Assembly (NCBI RefSeq): GCF_026571515.1
Contig: NW_026859247.1
Span: forward strand, 1-64,000
Origin: Ruditapes philippinarum
Lineage: Eukaryota
Length of the DNA: 64,000 nucleotides
Reading direction: 5' to 3'
Shown: positions 41,610-55,030 of the stretch, one piece after another
Layout of the letters: the number at the start of each line of letters is the position of its first letter
How positions within the stretch are numbered: position 1 is the stretch's first letter
Program-made: the position numbers and the translations under genes
Notes under the pieces: model-generated
Database searches by the model: none
What the model saw: the letters and a program-made list of their open reading frames with translations, nothing else
What the model was told of the DNA's origin: nothing

Positions 41610-44600
41610 TTACTTATAAATATCTTCTTTGCTCTTTTGAAAGTGTTTAAATTCATCTCCAATGGCAATTTTCTTTTTGAGATTTTCTAGATTATTGATT
41701 CTGTCTTGGAATCCCGGCTTTCTTTCCCACTTCTCGTTTTCAATGATGATATCAATATGCTCTGCAACACTAAGTGGATTAGCCCTCAGAGCTATCTGGC
41801 TTAGCTGATTGCTACAATCGGCAATCTCCTTCATCAAGTTCAGCATGTCATTTTCCGCTTCATCCAATTCTTTCTTCAACTTGTTGACGATTCCTTCGTG
41901 TGATGTCACTTCAGCTTCTGCCTTTTTATATTTATTCATCATTTCGTCATACGTGCATTCTTCTTCCACTTCTTTCCATTCAATAATGAATGGCGTATTC
42001 TTATGTTTGTCCCAATAACAATGATCATCACATACCTTGCAATACCCATTTTCATTCATAGCAGTACACATTGCCTTATCTTCATCATTTTCATATATGC
42101 AGTTATCATGACAAGTAACATTGCAGTGAAGACAATTTGTAGTATGAAGCCCTTTTCTTAACGGTATAAGGTTTTGAACATGCTTTTTCCTTTTATATCT
42201 AAAATCTTTGTTATCAGTCATTTGCGTTTTAAATTTCTCAAGAATTGCAATTTCGGATCTGCACTCTTCCATTTTATTCAACCCCTTTTCTACCTGAGAC
42301 AGGAGAATTCCTGCAGTTTCTTCTATCTGCCGCCTCTTCTCTATCACTTCGGTTGATTGACTTAAACTCTTAGTTTTCATTGTTGACAATTTAAGCATGA
42401 ATGCATCGAAACTAGAAACATTCATATCAAAGAAAACTTTTGTAAGACTTGTTTGTGATGTCTTGATATTGTCCGAGAATATTTCTGATGTATTGAAGGG
42501 AAAATAAGTTTCATACGGCAAGTTTGCCTCTTTAAGAGCTGCCAGGACAGGAGGAGCTTTACCATCCGAGAATGTGACAATAGAGCATATGTTTTCCTGA
42601 ATATCTCGATGAAATAACGATGTGATTGTAGTATATATATACTCTTGTGTTATTGTCAAGCGGGATTCAGAAGCTCTCATGAATATACAAACTGCATCAA
42701 CAAATAGTACACCCTTTTCATCAACTGCAGAGAATAATTCTTTCAACTGGTCTTTTATTTCTGCATCTTTCTCTATGCCTTTATCACCAAATCCAGGTGT
42801 ATCGATTATAGTTAGCCTGAAGTCGACTTTACTGCCTTTTACCGGGACAACATTGTAGCATGTTATCCATTCTGTTTTTGGTAACCCTCCCTGGAAATGT
42901 AAGCATCGTTTATATAAGAATGTAATATGTTTGTGTTGGTTTCGTTATTAACATTTAGTGTTTCTGATTCATATAAAACTATACCTTTATTCACCGCAAA
43001 GAAGACTAATCATTTCAAAATCAATAAACTATGCAATGTTCACTAAAATTTACTTCACTTCTTTAATTATATTCTACTTTTGATAAAAATTTCTAATTTG
43101 AAAATTAAATACCATTGAAACAGGTACTTTTCCAAATGGTTCATTATCCTCTGCTGCTACGATAGAAAATCTGAAGTCGTCAGCAAATGTCACTCCAAAT
43201 AAATAGTTGATGAGCCCATTCACAAATGTTGTTTTTCCTGTCCCTGATGCTCCCAGTAGTAACACCGTTTTCTCTTTCTGGTGATGCGCCTTTTCTTCGC
43301 CTGTAATAAAGATTTTTGTATTTATAGGAAATAAGTGTTATAATAATAATTGTTAAGAAACCATATACAGAATAACAAAAGGAAGGAATTTAAAAAAAAT
43401 CGGGCTATTTTTTATCAAGACAGAAAAAAGTGATTAACTTTAATTGAATTTTATGCAATACTTTTACTGTCCGGTACTCTTTAGTATCTCTGAGTAAGTT
43501 CTACGGTTTCTATGATTTACTTTGAATAAAATACCTAATGTAAACTTTCTTGTCTTCAGTTGATGATTTTTCGCAGCTAAATTTTCATTCAGTCTAAATT
43601 TACGTAATTTCAGCTGATCTCCAATAGCAAAAACCTCTTCTGATAAATCGAAGACTAGTTCTGCAGCGGATGGAAGGGTTTCGATCGGATCACTGACTTC
43701 ACTGTAAGGGCCTTCTTCCTCGTTGTTGACAAGTCTTACTTGGAAGACAAAGCAGGAATGTGATTTTAAATTTCTCACGGTCAATGTTGTATGTTGCGGT
43801 TTATCTTCGTCATAGTATTGCCATTTTGCATCATGCTTATTTTCTTTGTACCTTATCTGATAACAGCTAGAATCTAGTGTATCTGTTGGTGCGCTCCATG
43901 TAATCGTTACACTGTCAACATTTAGAGCCCCGACTTGTTTTGGTTTTCCAGGTTTTGTCTTGATATAAAAAGTATAAAACAATTGCCAAATAAAACAGCA
44001 AATTCAAATATGTTCTAAATATTAATGAGACAACTGCATGAAAATTAAAAGCTTTTCAATTTTTATCAAATTTGTTCACACCAATTCAAAGTGGTTCTAA
44101 TAGCAACAATGAATATTGTATGTATAATTATCAGAGCGCAAGTGGCATGGGCATGTCTTAAGTATGTCATTTTTCTGAAAACGTCATTTGCGCTTAATTC
44201 TTTAATAATAGTCATGTACTGTTTGATAAAGATCGGTTTGATTTTGTGGTTTTGATGAACTTATTGCAATGGAATTTACCGACAACATGTGAAGTTGATA
44301 TCTGTATTGTCAATTTAAACTAAAAATCCGAATATATATATTTGTCCTGCAATGTATCTTATGTTTAGATTGTTACAAAATGACATCTTACATTTGGAGT
44401 AATTTCTTCTTTGACTTCTTCTTTTATCGGCTCCTCACTTCTGTACAGGAAAGATTATTTTGCATATTATTAAAACGACACTAAATTCATTGCTACCAGA
44501 TAGTTTGGTGATTGCAAGCCTACAAAATGCACATTATCAAAATGACTCTTGTAGGCGGCTCCGGGACGATTCAATTTTTACAAAACTTAGAGGGAAAATG

Positions 44601-46450
44601 TCAAATAGCTATTTTGCAGAGTTTAAAAATAAATCTACTTTATTTTAATGATACTAATAAAACATACATATCTTTCTTCAATCAGTGGCATTTCGCATTT
44701 ACTCAAAAGAGAGATGGTAACCCCAATTTTATTTCAATCAAATTATTTCAAATTTCATTCTTTTTAATCATGAGAAGTTTTTAACTTTTTCTTTCCTGCC
44801 CTTACTGTACAAATATTGCAATAATGACAAAAACGTCACTAAGTTCATGTGGTTAGCTTTAATCATAATTAATTAACTAACTTGTTTTTGTCATTGTTTT
44901 CTTTTTCCGGAGACTGTTTGTCTTCGTTTCGGCTCATAATCTTGTGAAACTTTTGAACATCGTCTATCATATGTTGATTATGACAGCTTTCACACAACGT
45001 TTTAAGGCAATCAAAGCAAAATGCAACAACCGGACTCTGTGTACCTAAACCTTGACATAATTGGCAAATATCATTGTTGACTTGTTTAATGCCTGTTATT
45101 TCTGGTTCTGGTTCGAAGCTTCTGTAAAGCGTGAAATGAAAAAAAAAATCAACAAAATATATTTTGATATCTAGTTTAACCCAGATTCATTCTGTTTCAA
45201 CAATATTTAAATAATTTGTTTTCCATAACTTAAAACTACTCAAATACTTGAAAAATAGTGAATTCATACTTCATGTAAGTGTTGAACATTAGATTTGAAC
45301 TTTTTCTTCTCTCTTGGTACTTACATTTTGGATTCTGCTATATCATCCGTCATAGAATCATGATCTGGATTTTCATCATTAAAAATCAATCGATGTTTGT
45401 TTGTTTCGTCTAGTAACATGTGTTCATCTACGCATGTAGAACAGAGCTTTTTGTTACAGTCTAAACAAGTGCCTGTGGGAATTTCATTTTCATTTGAAAC
45501 GCAACAACCGCATAATTCGGGGGCATCTGTATTGCTTATTTCATCAGGGATGGACTCACTCGAACTGCTTTTAGGAGTTTCACTGAAATGAATGTAGTAT
45601 AAATAGGAAATTCGACAAAGAAAAAGGTGTTATAGTAAATACATCTAATTCGAAGTTTAAATGTAAGAAGTCATTATACATGTACATACACTTTATCTGC
45701 TTGTGATTCGTCACCATTTCCTGTGTCCGATGAATAGATTAAACGATGGGATTTTCCTTCGGCAGATTGTTTGTGATCGTTTGCACAGGAGTCGCATAAG
45801 GTTTGTCTGCAGCTGAAACAAAACCAAAATGACTGATCAAGAGGGGTTAGTCTGCTGTCTTCGTTGCAGCGGTCACAGTATGTCCCTCTTGCCGAGGATG
45901 TCCGACCTGTTTCTATGCGGGGAGACGCTTTGCTTGTATCTTGCTGATTTTCAATCTGGTGCGCCCTGGTAGCTTTTTGAGATCTATGAGCCTTTGTGCA
46001 GTCAAAACACAGTACTTCATCACACGTGACACACATGGCCGAGGACGGTCGATCTTCATCTCCATTATAGCTACATGCCTCGCACACACAACGCTTGTTT
46101 TCCACATCAAGCGTGGTTATTTCGTGACTCCGTGTTGCCTTTTGGGATTTATGTATTCGTGCGCAATTTTCGCAGTAAAATTCAATACATTCCTCACACC
46201 TTGCTACTGCTTCGACTGACACTCCGTTTTCCAAGCATGGTTCACAATATTTAGACAGTGACACATTGTTGTCAAGAAACTCCTCAATATCTGTCAGCTT
46301 ATGATTCCTCGTTGCCTTTTGTGCCTTGTGAGCAGCAGAACAATTCTCGCAGTATGATTCTTCACAATCAGTACAATGTTGTTTTGCATCAACTGTTACA
46401 TTTCGTCCATTAATACATGGTTCACAATATCTTGAAATATTTTCAGACAT
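41610..46450 (-). CDS. Multidomain protein, ~1,060 aa: 6x B-box-like zinc finger + FN3 + septin/AIG1-like TRAFAC GTPase + helical/coiled-coil region with Cys/His-rich insert; exons 46450-45690, 45582-45325, 45121-44882, 44440-44392, 43958-43535, 43300-43113 (or -43128), 42890-41610
   Basis: B-boxes follow C-x2-C-x(10-14)-C-x2-C-x4-C-x2-C-x3-H-x8-H. FN3: TKPGKP..SVTITWSAP..YQIRYK..LTVRNLKSHSCFVFQVR..EGPYSEVS. GTPase motifs: G1 GASGTGKT, G3 DTPG, G4-like TFSD. Insert: NCLHCNVTCHDNC..CKVCDDHCYWDKH. All introns are GT-AG, and phases 2,2,2,0,1,0 join into one open frame. Confidence 0.88.
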
Positions 46451-48799
46451 GATTGATTAATCATGAATCTTGGATTTTATTCTATTCGGAGCCGTACAAA
46501 AATCTGAAATACAACATAAGCTCTAATTTTAAATATGGACTTCACTTATATATTGTCGATATTTTATAAATACAATGGAAAATCATTTTCAACTATAAGT
46601 AACTCTGTAATACTTTATAATAACATAATTATACAGATAAGCCATAACTCAAGGTTCGTTTTTTTTGTTTAACTTAATAACTTAAGTTAATAACTTAAGG
46701 AACTAAAACATTGTACTTACTAAAGAATTCCTTTGTACCTTGCGGTCTTGTCATAACATAAAATAAGCTAGAACGCAATAAGCCATGTCCTATTAGCATT
46801 GAATGACAAAGGACTGAAATCAATATCTAGTATCTTAACATGTCAAGGTCGATCATTTCTGCAGTTAACAACTAATTTGCCTCTTCATTTGCATATATCT
46901 AAACAAGAAAATTTAAACAAACTGAAAATGATAGAGCGATTCGACGAATTTGCATTTACCCACTTGCACGATTTCCAATAATTTTTTTAGTTTTAGTTTC
47001 ATATTTCTCAAAAAACAGACAATATTCTAGTTCTAGTTTCATTATATTGCTGACTTGTTTTACTAATCTGATTTTTGACAGATGATACTCTAATTTGATA
47101 GCCTGCCTTTGTTGTGAATGCCTCTATTTAAGGTCTTCTTTATAAATGTTATTAACGCTTGTTATTGTGACCTTATTGATTCTTTATTGATTAATATGAA
47201 AGGCGCCTTGACATATTTATAGATTCAGGTCAAGGTTTTTAATTTTTTACTGCCCAAAATGCCGTCCCACTAAAAAAAAAACAATTTTAAATTTACCTAA
47301 TGAAAAAAATTATTAAATTTAAACAGAATATTGTATTTGTTTAATATGTTTCCCAGTTGTTCTGTTAAAACACTTTGAATATTGTTTTAAAAAGGGAAAA
47401 AAAACAAAAAAATTATTCCAAAACCTTTAAAAATATAGTTTTATAAATTTTTCAAGGCAATTTTATAACATATTAAGAGACGCGTTTTATACAGGGCCTT
47501 ACTGCTAATAGTCTTATTTTTTTAAAAAATGTTTAAAAAATTTCTTACAAATACAAAATTTAAAGTATTTTGTTCTTCTTCTTCAAGTTTTCTTCTCGGG
47601 TTGTCAGCATTACTACATTTTACCCCAGTTGTTGGGGATGAAATTAAATAATGTCACATATTTATTTTTTATATTTTGAATATACATTCTTATCTAGAAC
47701 AGAAAATATAGTCGTGAATAAATCTAAATTAGGCGGCGAAAAGATAAAAATATTCTGGGAATGATCAATCTAAAGTTATTTTGTAAATGTTGGTGCAAAT
47801 TATGAAAATGGCTTTGTTAAAATAGTAAAATTGTAACCCATAACACATTTCTATTATACATGTATAAACAGTTGTAAGAATACCAAATAGTCGTGTATTC
47901 TATAAAACATTGTTGAATAGAATAGCATTATAACATTTTCTTGTGTTTAATACTGAAATAGTATAATTATATCAAATTAACTTTACCCTTCATTATTTTC
48001 AATGTCAGTTCTTTTATTTTCACCAAACTTATACTTATCTTTATATCTTAAATCATTATCAAATAAGAAGAATACATTTTTTATTTATAGAAATATCTAA
48101 AATAACTTTATCGTCGAGTTCACTTGTTTTTATGTGTTTTGTGTTTTGGCAAGTATGTGTGCGCGTGCGTGTTTGATATAGGACAAAAAACGTTCTTCCA
48201 AAGACAGAAAAAGGTCATAATTGAAAATTCAATCCACTAAACTAATATAACCGAATTTTTCCGTCGCCTACTTTATCTGTGACAGCGTTAGATCTTTAGA
48301 TCTTCTCAAGGCCATTTGTAAGTAATCTAAACTTGTTTTCTTTGCACATTGACAGTTTTAGTATTGGTTATTGATATCTTTAAATCTTGCATAAATTTGA
48401 GTTTCAATTTAATTTGTTCAGATAATGTATGGTTCTTTTTTTTTTTGTTATTTTTTTTTTTTTAAGTTTTTGTCTGTTTGTTTTTATTTATTTTTTAGTT
48501 TTTTCTTTATTTATTTCATTTATTTTCTTCTTTTTTTCTTTTGCTTTCCATGTTTTTTGTTGTTGCTGTTGTTTTGTTTTGTTTCTTGTTTGGGGATCTG
48601 GTTGGGTGCGGTTGGGTGTGGGAGTGGTCTGGCAAGACACATAATAACGTTAACAAATTTGGCAGGTAAAGCACATTTAAGTTATGAAAATATATCAAAT
48701 ATTTTTGGTGATGGTTAAAAAATATTCATAAACATACTGATGATTTATCTTCATTTTTGATGATCCTGTCATATTCGGAAATAACATAGTAATGCACAT

Positions 48800-48870
48800 A
48801 GTTTGGCTCGAACCAAAGATTATTGAGATGACAGGCAGACAGATTTAACCACATGGCCACCGCTACCCGC
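48800..48870 (-). mobile_element. tRNA-like SINE head remnant
   Basis: ggctcgaacc...ttaaccacatggccaccgctaccc reads as reverse-complemented B box and A box. Confidence 0.45.
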
Positions 48871-48900
48871 ATTTATTATATACTAATTCAATCAGGTTTA

Positions 48901-49003
48901 GGTTAAAGTTTATTAGTACGTATTTACATAATGAAAAGGGTCAGGCACGGCGCAGCCGCGTGACCCATTAAGTTTTGTAAATACGTACTAATAAATTTTA
49001 ACC
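48901..49003. mobile_element. ~100-bp hairpin MITE
   Basis: ggttaaagtttattagtacgtatttaca..gggtca pairs with tgaccc..tgtaaatacgtactaataaatttttaacc around a GC-rich loop. Confidence 0.7.
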
Positions 49004-49851
49004 GGCTTTTAATTATTTTTATAAAGAGTCGACTTACTAGACTGATTAACAGTTTGCCGAATTACCAAAGTAACTTTGAAATACTGCAATCCTATTGGAC
49101 AAAAAATAATTTCAAAAACTAATGTGTGCTTTTGTAATTAGCCTTTTTCAAGCACTGACATGTTGGATTGTATGTACTAAAAATAAATGCATACCCGTTA
49201 TTTTCAAGGTTATATTGATTTTGAACGAATAAAACGCCATCTAAGTCTGAAACGCCTTGACCTACTAGTTTCAATATTTGAGCTAACAATGGATAACCTT
49301 CAATTGTAGTTAAAGTGCATGTAGTTTCAATATTATTTCTTCTAATGTTCATTCCTGGAAAAACGAACGACATTTGGGCCTTTATATTTAGTATTTAAAG
49401 TACTTTCAATATCAATTTGTTAAAAGATATGTGAGCAAATATTCTGTTTTCAAAAGAAATTGAAATTTAAGAGTTTAAAGATATATTTAGTATTTTACAT
49501 GAAGCAAAATAAAAAATTATCAAAAGATACCTGTATGCATACAATTTAAGCCAGTGAAAAAGTATTTCAAGTTTGCATTAAAGCGGTTTTGAATAACAAA
49601 TGGCAACGTTATTATTATTTTCTAACAATAAGAAATTTTAAAATCCAACATTCTAGTAAAACTGATATAATTGTTATACAGACGATAATTTTCAGATCTA
49701 TTACCAACTTGGATGAACGATATAATTATATGGAATTCTGACACATTTTATGAACCTACCATTCAACCACTGTTAATAACTGGCATGAAAGAATAAACCC
49801 AAATAATACAAAAAAAGGAAATTACGAAAGTAAACAAAACACGCACACATT

Positions 49852-52328
49852 CACGGGGGAGGAAGTGTTACACGAAGGATGGAGTTCTTATGATAACTTG
49901 TTCAGGAGTTCTTGTGATAACTGTCACGAAGTTCGTCGGAAAACATCTGTATATACTACAAAAACACTCGTTAAAAATGGTTATTTTCATCGTTCAAAAA
50001 TGAGTTTTAGATGCTAAATTAAACTTTAATGATTAAGCTTGTCTTACATCTTGTATTATGTGTCAAAGCCTAATTCACATGCCATTTTTAATCGCCTCTT
50101 GCTTCAAATCTGGTAGTTTTCAGTAAAATTTCCAAATTATTTGCCAGTTCACAAGTTTTGACCTGTTTATTTCTGGTCTTCATCCTTGCCATAATAATTA
50201 TCTAATTATAATGCAAAATTGCAAACATAAAGCACCGACTAACAAATATATACCCGATTTTTCAAATGTTCCGGAGTTCTTGTGATAACTCTGAAGATGT
50301 CACAGAGTTCTTATGATAACTTTTGTTATTCACATTGTGTTTCTTGCGCTAAATCACGGCACGTTTTAGCGTTTTTTATTATTCAATAAGATTGTAAATC
50401 ATTATGAAATGTAGTACGCTTCATCCTTTGCGCAAAAAATAGGATATATAATGTTGGTCTTTTGAGTGAATTTTTAGTTCAAGAGATATTATTCTTACCC
50501 CCGTTTCTTTTTCATTAGTATTTTTGTTTGACGCAGTTTTTTGTAGACTGGAAAAAGGATTTATATACTGGTTTCCTAGCAGTTTCCGGCTCCTAGCAGT
50601 ATTCTGGCCCTTTATCATTTTCATCCAGGCATACAGACTATTTTTTCTCAGTTAAGCATCTATGTTACTGCATCAGTCAGAGAAACAATTGTTTTCTATG
50701 TAACGCAGCAGTTATAATAGCGATTAATATGTTTCAAAGTTTTGTCCCTTGTTTTAAGTTACATTAGAGAACATGCGACACTTACAAGCAACACCTGGGG
50801 AATTCTAGTGAATGCCCATGCACAATAACTGAAATCCCATTATAGGTAAATCACTACTATATTTGCAGACGACACGGAAAAGTTTTGGAAGTTATCTACA
50901 TGTGTATTTGAAAACCCAGCTTAACATTGCTTATTGGTACTGAATTATATTCAAAATATAAAAGGTTCCAAATACTGCTATGAAATTTTGAATAAATGTG
51001 AGCAAAGTTGTTACATCTCAGGCCTTTATTCCATCAAAATGTAAAACAAAAAAAAACATTACAATATGATAATGCTGGACAGGTACCTAACTTTGTTCTG
51101 TCAAAGTTTGCACTCTTTGGTAGACAGATTTTTACTTTATTTGTTAAAAAGTGCGATTTGGTGCCGGGAACTGCTATGAAACCAGTAGGGCATTTATGTA
51201 CGTGATAAAATGCGCTTTGAAATACTCAAATATGGTATTTTCATGTATATTTTTCTGTCGATGTTTGATGAGTATTTCACCTATGTAATCTTAGTGGAGG
51301 AAACTCTGCTACTTTTGCTGTAATTGATAACAAAAATATATAGTCAAACTTAGTTCGCTTGAACCTGGAGGGACAGTTCAAATTTGTTCGAGAGACCAGT
51401 AGTTTATCATGTATCGTACTTTTTTAAGACATAGGTGTGGAAATTATCCTGGTTATATACTTATTTATTATGGTATAAAATGATACAAATTACTTAGCCC
51501 TTAGGTAAGGGAAGCATGCCTATATATTGTCTGCTTAAGAAAGGTGGTTGCTTAAAACATGTGAAACTGAGAACAACGTGTACGTTTTGAGACATTCTTG
51601 TTTTGTGGTTTAAGCCATTATAGTGCTGAATACTAGTATCAGTGACCACTAGTTCAATTTTTACTGTAGATGATAGCCATTCAGCTATTTATCCTTTGCA
51701 GACACTTAAGACCAACTTTTTATCCACATTTTTGTGCAAAGGATGATAGTGCTGCATTTCATAATGATTTACAATCTTATTAAATAATAATAAACGCCAA
51801 AACGTGCTGTGATATAGCGCAAGAAACACATTGACAATAACAAAATTTATCAAGCATAAGAACTCTGTGACATCTTCAGAGTTATCACAAGAACTTCTGG
51901 ACATTTGAAAAATCGGCTATAAATCTTTTAGCCGGTGCTTTATGATTGCAATTTTGCATTATAAATTAGATAATTATTATGGCAAGGATGAAGACCAGAA
52001 ATAAAACAGGTCAAAACTTGTGAAATTGCAAGTTATTTCGAAATTTTACTGAAAAACTACCAGATTTGAAGCAAGAGGCGATAAAAAATAGGCATGTGAA
52101 TTAGGCTTTGACACAATAATACAAGATGTAAGACAAGCTCTAATCATTAAAAGTTTAATTTAGCACCTAAAAACTCATTTTTTGAACGACTGAAAATATA
52201 CCATTTTAACGAGTGTTTTTGTAGTATATACAGATGTTTTCCGACGAACTTCGTGAACAGTTATCACAAGAACTCCTGAACAAGTTATCATAAGAACTCC
52301 ATCCTTCGTGTAACACTTCCTCCCCCTG
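49852..52328. mobile_element. 2.48-kb non-autonomous foldback DNA transposon with ~610-bp TIRs and 5-bp TSD (ACATT)
   Basis: 49852-~50460 is the reverse complement of ~51708-52328. ACATT lies at 49847-49851 and 52329-52333. Termini are CACGGGGGAGG and CAGGGGGAGG. No transposase ORF inside. Confidence 0.9.
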
Positions 52329-54834
52329 ACATTTATTATAGAAATTTATTAGTTATGAAATCTTGTCGTGAGAACTTACTTAATTGGTTTGGCAAAGTAA
52401 GAATTACCCGTCAGGTGTCAAAGACATAACAATGTAGTTTTAATGATAATATATGAGATGCCGATAAAATAAAAATTCACCGATTATAGTCATCAATGAT
52501 TTGAGAAAATCTAAAAATCATGATGTGCTAGCATTCTAAGAAATTGACCCTATCAACGAGTTCTGAATTTACAATATCATTTTATGAAAAGAAACATGTG
52601 TTTATAAGATATTGTGCTCTTTGGTAAAATCCATAAATGTGTGTTATTTGTTAAATAACACGCACTTTGCTATAAACAGGTGTTGTTCAAGCGCATTTTG
52701 TTGCAAACTTGTACTTCAAGCATATTTTGGTTGCATTTATGCACCGATAGAAATGTTGCACTTTTTCATTATCCCTCATGTACAGACTAAATTAAGCCGA
52801 GTCTGCAATGTTCATGTTATTCTGTTGTTATTAATGCTCCCTTATTCTGTTCTTATTAATTAATGCTCCCATTGGATCACCCTTTTCCAGATTTTGATAC
52901 ATATGACTGTTTTCACGAGTAGCATCAGAACGCGTAACGCGAAAACGTCCTCGCATTGCAATGTTCATTTTTAAAGTTTTATTTATGATGGCGCCTTTTT
53001 CAAATGGAGTTTCCTTTCATTTCGTCTCTAATTTAATGCTATTCCTCTTGCAACTTCAGTTAATCTATTTTGATAACTTCCCATTATATTCCATAACGCT
53101 TTCTCATTAATGAACTGAGAAACGTGCAATTAAAAAAATACGCACATGTGTTGTGGTTGTGAAACAAGACAAATATAACAACAAAAAATCAACAATGCAA
53201 AGCGACAGTTAGAGAATGCAGCCCCCGACAAAATCCAGTCACACTGGACTACCGCAAAGGCACTCAGTAAAGGGCCCCGAACAAAAAAATGGACAGGGCA
53301 TAAAAGCTGTGACATGGAGTGGTCGCACCAATAAATGATAACAATTGACAACCATATAAATATCAAAGCTATAAAAAAGTAAAATAATACAATTCATTGT
53401 ACGAAGTTGTCAAGGTAATATATGTGACTAATACAGAGATTGAGCTTCTTTGGATCCTTTTGCAGTTTTATATTTGACTAAAAAAATATAAGAATACATT
53501 TTCAACCAGAATGCTTAAGTAAACGTTTGCAACTACCTTGCGCTTGAGCAAGATATTTTTGTGTATTAAACTTCATTTTTTTGAAACATGGAAATTAAAC
53601 ATTTACCAGTATAGGTAGAAACATATTTTGCCTTGTTTGGAGGATTTCAAAACCTAAAGATATAAATAAATTAGTAGAAATATCGACCAAATTGTTACCT
53701 GTAAAATCGCAAAATATGTACATGGTGAGTTTATATCTTCAATAACTTCGTCAAATCAGAATAGGTAGCTGAAACCTAAAACACAGTGTGTCATAAACAT
53801 TGCCTTAAGTAATGGTCATGCTAAAATGTTTCTAAATAACTAACAAACCCACTTACTTGAAGAAAAAACGTGCGAGTGTTGTAAATATTCATGATTCGGT
53901 GGCCATTTTGTCAAGTTTGCAACCAATTTCAATTTCATTGATGCATCATTCCTCAAACTTATTAGGGTTTGATTGGCCATATTATTTAGAGAAGGTTTAA
54001 AAGTACAGTTTACCTCAAAATTAAATCGTTCGGCTTTTTCTTTATTCAAATGATAAACGAAAGATTTGCTTTTGACAATACATTGTATCTTCAAAAGGGA
54101 GACAACTATTATCATTTTATACATTTATTTAATTGTAATTTATTTCCCCTATTATGCGAATTTGTTAGATAAAAGACAGAATTGCATATGCATAGTAGCT
54201 ATTGACAGAGTGTCAGATAAATGTCAGTCATTGGTAGAAAGATATTACAGATACAAGTTCCCTTTCCATAATCAAATATATTCAATGGAAAAATGTAATA
54301 ACATTTTGTGTATGCACTCGTGTTTGCAAATTTGCACTTAAACATAATCTGTATTGATATTTATTGTTGCAGATAAATTGAGATGTCATTGAATAATTTT
54401 CGGAAGTGTTGGCGGACAAGAGGGACCTACTATCTGATTTGTACAAATGGTGAAGACAGGTAATAAATTCGAAAAAAATAAAGCTTGTTGAGAAAAAATG
54501 GACAAAGAGTCGAAATATTTCATATGCACAATTTTTTCCTTTCTTAATTTATCTGACTTCATTGAAACATACTGTATATTCACCAAGACTTGAATTTTGT
54601 TTGTGCAGTCAAATAGTTTCATTTCAAATCAGCTACATATTTTACATAAATTTAAAATATATTAAAATCAACTGAAAGTTGAAACTTTAACAAGGGCCGA
54701 TTAAGAAAAATTTAAAATTATTTGCAAATTTTTATTAAAGTATAATTTCTATTTGATATTTAGCACTCTGTGGTTTTGTGACTTTTTTTTCTAATTGCTC
54801 AAAATTAAAGTTCTTAAAAACATACATAAGTTCA

Positions 54835-55030
54835 TTCACGCACCATGTTCTACCGTGTACTTATTTGGTTATGCATCATGTACAATCTTGTACTTATTGG
54901 GACACATACCATGTTCAATCATGTACTTATTGCCACATCATGCTCAATTTTGTACCTTGGGTCACACACCATGTTTAATCATGTACTTATTGGATTACAC
55001 ATTTAGCATAATCATGTACTTATTCAAATA
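54835..55030. repeat. Degenerate ~33-bp tandem repeat, ~6 copies
   Basis: Recurrent cacaccatgttcaatcatgtacttattgg. Confidence 0.75.

Noticed and set aside
48800-48870. tRNA gene
   Set aside because: Only degenerate A/B boxes with no cloverleaf; better explained as a SINE head.
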